Shown here one piece after another: positions 54,300 to 64,000 of a stretch of DNA of 64,000 bases. Position numbers and translations under genes: made by a program. The stretch is taken from positions 7,814,001-7,878,000 of the forward strand of contig NC_087252.1 of NCBI RefSeq assembly GCF_037042905.1, read 5' to 3'. The DNA comes from Lytechinus pictus (taxonomy: Eukaryota). Every line of letters starts with the position of its first letter. The stretch's first letter is position 1. Below the pieces are notes generated by a model. That model saw only the letters and a list, made by a program, of their open reading frames with translations. It made no database searches and was not told the origin of the DNA.

Positions 54300-54973
54300 G
54301 GGTCATTCCATGCCAATTCACCCAATGAATGTGCAATTTTGCACCCGACCCTCTCGGAATTCGTTGTAAATTGGTACACATGGCCCACGCACCAAACAAA
54401 AAAAATAAGTCCAATTGGTCCGTCGGTTCTCGCGCTACGGCCCGCCCTTTTCTCCTTGTTTTGACAAAAATGGGCGTGACCTTCAACTTTCAATGGCCAC
54501 TGCGTCGTAACGTGTTGATCAATTTTCATGAAACGGGTACCATTTATTAGGAAATTCAGAGAGGAATCCAAAACATGCATCAAATAATGTATTGGAGCGA
54601 TTTATAAGGTCGTGACCTTTGACCTTTACTTTGACCTTGAGTTTGACCCCCGGACAAATAATTTTTGAACTTGATTTTCGTGTATGTTAATTATTTGTAT
54701 GATATTGACAAAATATGTTAAAACCAATGATGATATTTTATTTCTTCACCTTTTAAAACTCTTCCAAAGATACCATGAAATTTCACTCTAGTCCCACATA
54801 CTAATATTCATGTTAGTAAAAGTGTTTACCAGTTACATGATTTCTTCCAATCTTAAGTTACAGTATGCATGCACATGAAAAGAAATTAAGCTCATCAGTT
54901 CACAAATGAAACATTAAACATTTATGCTCATGAATAGGTATCTGTTTAGGCATTTTGATGTTCAGCAATATAT

Positions 54974-55013
<40 letters not shown>

Positions 55014-55831
55014 ATATATGTTTAGGTCCTTGCTCATCACAATTATATATATATATATATTCTTGTTAGTAAATAGGCATATACTCAACAATTTGATGAT
55101 AAAAGTAAACACTTTACCATTAAACAAGAATATATATATATATATATATATATGATATATATTGCTGAACATCAAAATGCCTAAACAGATTCCTATTCAT
55201 TAGCATAAATGTTTAATGTTTCATTTGTGAACTGATGAGCTTAATTTCTTTTCATGTGCATGCATACTGTAACTTAAGATTGGAAGAAATCATGTAACTG
55301 GTAAACACTTTTACTAATATGAATATTAGTATGTGGGACTAGAGTGAAATTTCATGGTATCTTTGGAAGAGTTTTAAAAGGTGAAGAAATAAAATATCAT
55401 TATTGGTTTTAACATATTTTGTCAATATCATACAAATAATTAACATACACGAAATCAAGTTCAAAAATTATTTGTCCGGGGGTCAAACTCAAGGTCAAAG
55501 TAAAGGTCAAAGGTCACGACCTTATAAATCGCTCCAATACATTATTTGATGCATGTTTTGGATTCCTCTCTGAATTTCCTAATAAATGGTACCAGTTTCA
55601 TGAAAATTGGTCAACACGTTACGACGCAGTGGCTATTGAAAGTTGAAGGTCACGCCCATTTTTGTCAAAACAAGGAGAAAAGGGCGGGCCGTAGCGCGAG
55701 AACCGACGGACCAATTGGACTTATTTTTTTTGTTTTGTACGTGGGCCATGGTGAATTTTATGTGTACCAAATTACAACAAATTCTGAGACGGTCGGGTGC
55801 AACCACTGGGTGAATCCAGATGGAATGACCC
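54300..55831. mobile_element. 1.5-kb foldback (Sola2-like) element in U2AF1 intron 1
   Basis: GGGTCATTCCA...TGGAATGACCC termini, ATAC 4-bp TSD, ~700-bp near-perfect arms around a short (TA)n-rich spacer. Confidence 0.8.
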
Positions 55832-56018
55832 ATACCCTTTACCTTTTGAAAGGAAAGAAAAATCATAAATTGAACTAGAAAATAGGATTATCAAAGACAT
55901 TATATAGTGTTGCAAAGTTTATTCAGGCCCTTTATTAAGTTCATATAAAAAAACATTGTTTGGTGATAATGTATTTTCTTTTACTGACTCCCATTCTAAT
56001 CATCTTTCCCCCACAAAG

Positions 56019-56182
56019 AGTCAACTGCTCCTTCTATTTCAAGATCGGAGCTTGTCGCCATGGAGACCGTTGTTCCCGCCTCCACAACAAACCCACGTTC
56101 AGTCAGACCATCGTGATCCAGAACATCTATCACAACCCGGCCAACACAGCACAGTCAGCTGATGGAGGCACTACAGGAATTG
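56019..56182 (+). CDS. U2AF1: U2AF35 exon 2 (first CCCH zinc finger, start of UHM)
   Basis: [40 protein letters not shown]; aag acceptor, gtaagt donor. Confidence 0.97.
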
Positions 56183-56204
56183 GTAAGTGTGATAGCAATC
56201 AGTA

Positions 56205-56471
56205 GGGGAGATCGGGGTTAGTTGGAACGCGGGGTAAGTTGAAACATTGTAATTTTCTTTAACGCCTGTAAAATAAATTTATGCAATACTGCCCTCAATT
56301 TATTACTATTAATAATACAACAATGCCCTCAATTTATTGCTATTAATAATTCAACAGTGTTGTAGTATAGCAATAAATTTAGGGCAGTATTGCAGAAATT
56401 TATTTTACAGGCGTTAAAGAAAATTACAATGTTTCAACTTACCCCGCGTTCCAACTAACCCCGATCTCTCC
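56205..56471. mobile_element. Hairpin MITE at the start of U2AF1 intron 2
   Basis: GGGGAGATCGGGGTTAGTTGGAAC...GTTCCAACTAACCCCGATCTCTCC, ~100-bp arms, TA on both sides. Confidence 0.8.
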
Positions 56472-57035
56472 TATGATAAGGCTGTTGAGCTGCAGATATG
56501 ACAGTCTTCAGGCTTTTGCCTGATATCAGGCCCTGACTGCTTATTTCATCTCGGTCTTTTTCAGGCTTTATATTGTATAGCCTCTATTCTAGGCAGAGGC
56601 AGATTATCATCTTTGCTGTTTGGCTAAATGTGAGAAAAATGTTGATGTTGAAGACTGCATAAATGTCTGGTTGCAGTTTTTTCGTTACGAAAAATATACC
56701 GTTTGGTTAAAAAGAAGATAACAACTAATGCAAAACAGGAGTGTGGAGGCGGTGGCTGCGTCTTTCGCATCAGATGTATTGCTGGCATTTCATGGAACAG
56801 CATCAGACTCATTAAGGCAAGGATTCCCTTGGAATTTGCCCTTTCTATTCTGCCTCTATGGCATGTTGTAATATAGGAATGCGCCTGGCTGAAAAAGTAT
56901 TTCTTTCCCCATGAGTAATTTTGACTTTGATTTAAAAAAAAAAATCATTGACTACTAACGTTAATATCTCATCAGACACTGAATTTTCTAAAGGCTAAGT
57001 GTAACACTGCGTTTATCTTTATTTTTGTGTTGTAG

Positions 57036-57193
57036 TAGACCAATCCAACCTGACTGATGTTGAGGTCCAGCAGCATTTTGATGATTTCTTCGAGGAAGTT
57101 TTCACGGAGATGGAGCAGAAGTACGGTGAGATTGAGGAGATGAACGTCTGTGACAACCTCGGCGATCATCTGGTCGGCAACGTTTATGTCAAG
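57036..57193 (+). CDS. U2AF1: U2AF35 exon 3 (UHM); tandem TAGTAG acceptor, alternative start 57039
   Basis: QQHFDDFFEEVFTEMEQKYGEIEEMNVCDNLGDHLVGNVYVK; gtaagt donor. Confidence 0.96.
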
Positions 57194-57825
57194 GTAAGTC
57201 AGATCTGTTGAGAAGCTCAGCAATGTCTCTGCAATAAAGCCCTGCAACAAAAGTTACCAATGAAACTCGGGAACAAAATTTGACAGTAAAAGTCAGCAAC
57301 AACTCTGCAATAATGCCATGCAACAAAAAAGTAAAGATTGTTGTATTGTAGTCATTTCCTGTGTATGCTGGAAATTATGTTCTCGCAATAACTAATGGAT
57401 TGCTTTGTGATTCAATTTGAACTTTATTAGGTATGCAGTGATGTTGATCTGAGTATATTTTTGGGCCCTGAGGTCAAAGGCAATTCGAAGAGGTCATTAT
57501 ATACAATGAAATGTATCATTCTCGGGGTAATTGAAGAACCATTTCTTGGTCCTTCAATATTTGCTCAGAGTGAGGATGGTATAAGATTTTGGGGTCAAAG
57601 GTCATGGGTGTCATTTGCAAATTGAGAAGTCAAATGGGTGTAAAGTATTGAATGGTCTGGCAATGATGAAGGCATGGCTTATTACTGTGTGCACTCAAGA
57701 ATCCATTGAGTTCTTTTTACAGCTGCATTTGATACATGTGGGCATTCAATTCATGAATCATGCGAATGTGAATGTTGCATTTCTCCAACATGAGCGTATT
57801 AGAAAGCTAACAGATAACTTTACAC

Positions 57826-58124
57826 GATGTTGTGGTGTAGCGGTTCTGACTCTCGCCTTGTGATCAGAGGGTCGTGTGTTCGAATCCCACCATGGCCTAG
57901 CGTCCTTTGGCAAGGCGTCAATCCACACTTTGCCACTCTCACCCAGGTGCTAATTGGGTACTGGTAGGAAACAACTGTCATTGTGGTTGGTTTAGCAAGT
58001 GTGCGCCTAACAGGCTGCTTGAAATGCTATGAATCCAGTGAACGGGTAATAATAATTGTGAAGCGCTTTGAGCAGTCATAGATTGATAAAGCGCTATATA
58101 AATGCCAATTATCATTATTATTGT
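57826..58124 (+). mobile_element. tRNA-derived SINE with L2-like 3' tail
   Basis: A box TGGTGTAGCGG (57833), B box GTTCGAATCCC (57878), central core, tail tgtgaagcgctttgag..aagcgctatataaat followed by (ATT)n. Confidence 0.8.
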
Positions 58125-58270
58125 TATGTTAACCAGTATTCATTGTGCAATAAGCCCTAAGTAAAGCAAGATTCAAGAAAATATTAAATCATTAATTGTT
58201 TGATGATCACTCCCTCAGGAATAAATTTGGTGTGCAAAGATTTAAAGAAATTCTTTTTATTATTCCTCAG

Positions 58271-58404
58271 TTCCGCTATGAAGAGGATGCAGAGAAAGCA
58301 GTGGAAGATTTGAATAATCGTTGGTTCAACCGTCAACCAATCAGAGCTGAGCTTTCACCTGTCACAGACTTTAGGGAAGCTTGCTGTCGTCAGTACGAGA
58401 TGGG
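58271..58404 (+). CDS. U2AF1: U2AF35 exon 4
   Basis: FRYEEDAEKAVEDLNNRWFNRQPIRAELSPVTDFREACCRQYEMG; cag/gtaagt. Confidence 0.97.
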
Positions 58405-58593
58405 GTAAGTTTGAAGTTTTAAAGCCTCACCAGGGCAATCAATGGATTTTAACCTGTTGACTTTAGATTCTGCAATTCTCATAGACTTTGTGCAGTAACA
58501 AATAAGTTCCTGTATGCAAGAGATTAATAGTAAGTAGTTTTCAAGAATTAAAAAAAAAGATGTTTGATTTTCCTGCATCTGCCCATTGTCCTG

Positions 58594-58750
58594 GGGAGTG
58601 TTTCATCAACATTTTCATCCGACAAGTTGTCAGATCTGACATCTTTCTCTGATGTTGATTGGCTGAGAGGTACTGTTACTATGGTAACTGTCGGATAAAA
58701 TGGGACTTGTCGGATAAAACGTCCGACAAGTCCTTTCATGAAACGCCCCC
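58594..58750. mobile_element. Short PIF/Harbinger-like MITE (intact copy of the split element at 8506-9968)
   Basis: GGGAGTGTTTCAT...ATGAAACGCCCC, flanked by CTG. Confidence 0.7.
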
Positions 58751-59168
58751 CTGGAGACATCATGCCTCTGTCTTGGGGTTGTCTGCCAATCCGTCTGTCC
58801 CTTTTTTTTTCTTTCTTGCGATAACTAAAGAACCGATTGACTGATCAATTTCAAACTTTCTAGTCATGTATGCATAGTGATTAGTAATGATCTGATTAGT
58901 CATGAGGTAAAAGGTGTCAGAAGAGATGAAATACAGCAATGACTTCTAGTATCTAACTTCTAAATATAATTTTTATTGTACATGTGTAGGTATTCAATGT
59001 ATTTCTATTACCACATTCATCTTTTATGTATCAAGTTTGAATAAATTATGATGGTATTATCATCAGTTCCCTTTCCATTATAGTGCATTATGCAGCGCTC
59101 AGATACATTTGTATTATGCGCTATATTATTATTATCGTTATCATTCTACCAAAAATTGAAATGATTAA

Positions 59169-60614
59169 AGTTGAATTAAGAAGACGATTCCAAATATTGA
59201 GATATTTACATTAATAGCAACCTTACAACCCCCCAAACACTAATAGGTGATTCGACCCCCCATTTTCTTTTTTCAAAATAGTGAATTTGAACGATTTATC
59301 CCTACCCATTTTCCCTGAGTTCGCTCCTTCAATGCCTACCGAGACGGGTGTTCTTTGAGTGTGACGTCACCGGGGGGTATTCGGTCCCGGTGTAGTAAAC
59401 AAGGCAGTGCCGTTTTGTGTACTATGCACGTACTCCTTCATATGGAATAACTGCAGTTGAAGTTGTATCTGCGAGCCATAGAACTTGCAAAGAGGAAATG
59501 ATTAAAATATTTGTGGCCGTACTATTATTCCAAATATGTGAATTCCCTTAGAATGATACCATAGACCCTAAAGGAATAATTTCAAGGTGAATAATATGAA
59601 ATTTGATCAAGATCTTCTCACCAGTCGATAACGTAGCAGACGTGTTATTATGACATATTTATCCGCGTGTGACGCGGCTATTGCAAAAAAACACAGTTGG
59701 TTGCGGAATTGCTTTGTGCCGACCGGCCGCCCGCTCCGGCGCAGCTAGCTGTCGAGCTACCGTACCGTTCTTGTTGTCTTCAACCATAGAGATGTATACT
59801 AATTACTATATATCTTTCTGTCTTCAACTCACTTCCGAATTGCGTTTGTATGTGTGACGGTGACCCCTAGCGTAATTAAATATAGAAAACAACTCAGAAG
59901 GCGGAGAAAGAATACTATACGTTTGGTTCAAGATTGTTCTGTGGAATGAGCTATGAGTGGAAATGATCCAGAGGATATAAAAGTGGAGTCAAAGACAAAG
60001 AAAAGAAGAAAAAACGCCAGGGGATCGCTGCACGGCCATGAACTAAGTCGACATACCAGACCATAACAGTACACTCAATGCCTGGGTGTTGTGTGTATTA
60101 TGCGTTCAGCGCGCGCTGAGCTAGCCGCCGGAATTACTTTCCAGCTACTCACTTGATTGAACATCGTGATAAAATAAATGAGAAATAGTGAAAATATCAT
60201 TCAATAACTCACTGTTTGCTATCTTACATCATGATTGAAGAGTTCATGGTGGTTATTCATACTGTTTTTTATACAGGGAAAGTAAAGATTTGTACATATC
60301 AGTCCTATTTGTTTGATTTGAGTTGCTTTGACAAAAAATTGTAAAATATCTTTCTCTCTCTGCATAGCATTTCTGTATGACATTCAGGCACCTCTTATAC
60401 TAAATTCCCCCCGGTGACGTCACACTCCGAGTGACTTTTCTGTACACTCGTCTCTCGGGCTCTGACATGTGGCTAATTTCATAGACTTTCAAAGCAAAAT
60501 ATCGAGAAGGCAGAGGATTATTGTGACATGCTATGTGTTTGAACAACTTATATATACTATATATTGTATGTAGAACCTATATTTATGGAAACTCACCCCC
60601 TTCTTAATTCAACT
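59169..60614. mobile_element. Kolobok-like non-autonomous element in U2AF1 intron 4
   Basis: TTAA|AGTTGAATTAAGAAG...CTTCTTAATTCAACT|TTAA; internal inverted GAGTGTGACGTCACCGGGGG motifs. Confidence 0.75.
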
Positions 60615-60673
60615 TTAACAGTATAATTTGAATTTGCCTATTCATCATTCCTTATATTTCTTATCATTATCAG

Positions 60674-60878
60674 TGAATGCACCCGTGGAGGTTTCTGCAA
60701 CTTCATGCATCTCAAGCCCATCTCCAGGGAGCTCCGTCGCGAACTCTACGGCCGCCGAAAGCGCAAGAAGCGCAGCCGAAGCCGATCCAAGTCACCCAAG
60801 CGCCGATCGCGATCCCGAAGTCGAAGCCGAGGGAGAGACGAGAGGTATAGAGAGAGGGAGAGGTCCGGTCGTTTTTAA
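60674..60878 (+). CDS. U2AF1: U2AF35 last coding exon (end of second zinc finger + RS domain)
   Basis: ECTRGGFCNFMHLKPISRELRRELYGRR..RSRSRS..RERSGRF*; total about 233-234 aa. Confidence 0.97.
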
Positions 60879-62412
60879 TGAATTTTTGTCGTTTTATTTT
60901 TGGAGCCTTTTGATTCAGAGTTGAGCTACGATTGGGCTGCACGCATCAATAGCATAGCCAAAGTCGAGGGATGGGACAATAAGGCGCAAGGGATCGGTAT
61001 GGTCACCTCCTAAGATTATTTTTCCCCTGTTTCACATGTGGAACTCGATATGAAATTCTTTACAATATTGTGGATGAATATTTATCGCCTGATTCACATT
61101 TATGTATTGATTTGGCCTTCATGCCCTATGGCAAGATATCAATCGTATTGACCCATATTCTGAATGCTGGGTTATCATTAACCATGGTCCAAATCTGAAT
61201 GGGGAAGTCACTTTTCAGGTTTAATTAATCCTCAATCCGGGCTAAGCAACTTATTTTCAGGCTGTCGAAAATCCATTTTATGTATAAAATGTCTCATTCT
61301 ACATGATTTTCAGGCTTTCGTGTCAATTCTAAGTGGCGTCCCTGATCTGAGGCTTAATTATTGGTTGCCTAGTGTGTCACAGTAGATGTTCATTTCATCA
61401 AACTATTTTAACTGTCTTGGAATAATAAGTAAAGGAGTTTAATCCCCATGTAATCAAAGGGGAAGAGCCCAGCAGACTTGATACAGATATTGTGTAAGCA
61501 ATTTTTTTTTTACATCTTTTGGCTTTCCATAATTTAATCACACACATAGACCATGGTTCAAGTTAAATCTTGGTTCAAAATATGGGCCACTGTGTAAGGT
61601 CATTTGTTTGACGATTCACTGATAGTATTATACTGGCACCCTGCTTGTAGCCTGAAACATCAAGGAAAATAGATTTTCATTATTACTAGTTATGGCAGTG
61701 ACCCCCCCCCCCCCCCCCCATTTACAGATGCTGCATAGGATTATGGCATAAAGTGGGTTTTCTAGACCTAAAGGGATTATTCTGAACAAACTAATCGTAT
61801 CAAACATGAATCTCCTGTGAAATTTATTTGAATCACAAAACTATCTCATTCATGGCATCTAAAAGAATTGTCAACTCTTTGAGATAAAGTATTTAGTACT
61901 TCAAGAGTGCCATGTAATATTGACCAGTTGATGTATAAGACCAATAATTGTACCATATGCAGTAATCCTGCTCGGCGCTTTTCATAGCGGCTTTTTTTGC
62001 GTTCCCCATTGTAGTAAGTAATGGGAGGATAAGTCGCAAAAGGCACAGCAGAATTCTTGCTAAAAGATTGCTCTCATACATTTGTTATGTTGCCTCTGGA
62101 GTCCATTAGCTTGTGATACAAATGTTCACATGTGAAAACTCAAGTTGGACAGTCAATATTTTTAGAAGTATGGTTGGTTTCCGATTCTATTGCTTTTAAC
62201 TTTCAAAATTCCCTAGTATCTCAAGTCTGGAATAATTTTCTTGGTATTGCATCGCTATTGCTCCACATTTTTTAAAGACTGGATTTCTAGGACTGTTCAG
62301 AACGTAGTTGAAAACTTTTCTCTTTATGACCCCCAAAAGCTAATCAATTTTGGCAAGCAATATTACTCACTACAAGTACTATCAAACAAATGACCTAATT
62401 GGAAGACTTAAA

Positions 62413-62811
62413 AGCCCCCATCACACTTATTCGTAATCAGCAGGAATCAAGCAGAAGCTGGAACGAAAAAAATATTCAAAAAATCTATAAATTTTTGGGA
62501 GGAACTTATGAATTCACCAAACTGGAGTTGAAATTCAGTAAATTGACCAGGTGAATCATCATACACTAGTCAAAATGAACTGCGATGGAGTCGGATTGAT
62601 AATTCGTGCTACATTCTTGGACATTCTAGGCGCATTCTTAATATTCTGACATTTCTTTTGGCCGTCCCGAAGGTTTTGATCATGTTCGAAACATTCGAGG
62701 GGTATTTTCGAACGGTGTTTTAAGTAGATTTAAATGACCAACTGGTGGTCGAGCAGTAGTCTTTTCATTCCGGCCAATTCTGCTTGATTCGGTATAAGTG
62801 TGATGGGGCCT
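62413..62811. mobile_element. Harbinger-like MITE
   Basis: GCCCCCATCACACTTAT...ATAAGTGTGATGGGGCC. Confidence 0.68.
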
Positions 62812-64000
62812 TAACCCCAGCCCCATAACACAATGCTCAGTTGATAGTGGGGCTGGTTTTTGTGCTTGATTTCATTGACCATTATGTGCAGTCAAGCATT
62901 GAAATCAACTTTGTTATCAATCACTTTTCTTAGTGTTATGGTGGGTCTTTCATGTAGCCGTTCGTAAGGGTTATGAACAACTTTACCAATGACTGGTGAC
63001 CCTTTCTTGAGCTACATGATACATGTATATCCCTATTTAATTGACTTACCACCTGAAAATATGTTCCAGTTGTTTGTTTGAAGTCTTTCGTAACTTTACA
63101 AACGTTTATGAAACACCCACCAGGATTTTTTTAGATTCAACACATTTTTTGTGACCCAAGACATACATGTAAGGATGACTACAAGTATTTCCAAGAAAGA
63201 ATTTGATAAGAAATTGCTTTTCTTTGTAACTCACTGTGTATATTGCATTCCACCTTCACTATCTTGTTTATTTCTCTGAAAGTGTAAATAGATTCCTCTC
63301 TATTCTTTATTAAATCAACTTTTCTTTTCGGTTTTGCTTGCTCTATTATGTTTCACCCTCATTTCAGTATCTTCATTTCTTTCTAAATATCCCAAAATGG
63401 CAACATCAAAACATGTACTGTTTTAGATCACTATAAGCAGACTAGCAGTTGTTGTTTGTTAACACATAATAATTGACAACAACCCAAACAAATGCAATGG
63501 ATACACACAAATGATGCAGTCACACAAGTGAAATTGACTCCAGACCGACTGAATCCATCACATTATTGCCAAAGGCATACCATCGGTCGGTATGGAGAGT
63601 AAATTGCCAATTCGTCTATTGCCACCTCGTCCACTCATCACATGGTCTACCTTCATTTAGTCTAATTCCATTCCATCCAAAACATTTTGTCTAACAACTA
63701 TTTGGTCCAAGAATCATTTTGTCTAATGACCAGTTGATCTACGACCATTTTGTCTCCTGATCAGTTGGTCTAATAACCACTTTCTTTTCATTCATTTCAC
63801 CCAGTCAACACTTAAACCAAATGGTATATAGACTAAATGGCTATTGGACCAACTGGTTAGTAGATGAAATGGTGAGTGGACAAAATGGCAATTAGACCAT
63901 GTGGATAGTAGACAACTGATGGTAGACCAAATGATAGTAGATGAGTTGGTAATTGGACGAATTAGCATTAGACAACTTGAAAGTAATCATATGGAGTTGG

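Noticed and set aside
54196..55878. Duplicated 110-121 aa ORFs (MMHVLDSSLNFL...) on opposite strands
   Set aside because: Mirror translations of the two arms of the foldback element; no protein motifs
57826..57895. tRNA gene
   Set aside because: A/B boxes are present but the acceptor stem is poor and the sequence continues into a SINE core and L2-like tail

Overview
Eukaryotic (animal) genomic DNA: AT-rich, with GT-AG introns and a very high density of transposable elements. The repeat content suggests an echinoderm such as a sea urchin, but this is an inference only. Four spliced protein-coding genes can be read. (1) The 3' part of an EGF + YWTD beta-propeller (LRP-like) gene on + (exons 224-7594). 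(2) A two-coding-exon gene on - for a ~548-aa protein with four tandem TM2 domains and a C-terminal PPxY motif (13456-18366). (3) PSENEN/PEN-2, a gamma-secretase subunit, on - (101 aa, 30333-33846), with its stop-codon region tandemly reiterated in the 3'UTR. (4) U2AF1/U2AF35 on + (48073-60878), head-to-head with PSENEN as in the human PSENEN/U2AF1L4 pair. Between PSENEN and U2AF1 lies a 7.3-kb CACTA/EnSpm-like element with CRE-rich subterminal repeats that encloses a candidate promoter and spliced non-coding transcript. The rest is non-autonomous DNA transposons (hAT-, PIF/Harbinger-, Kolobok-, Academ-, Sola-, EnSpm- and piggyBac-like), several of them nested, plus LINE fragments, a tRNA-derived SINE and micro/minisatellites. 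All coordinates were read by eye and no database searches were run.
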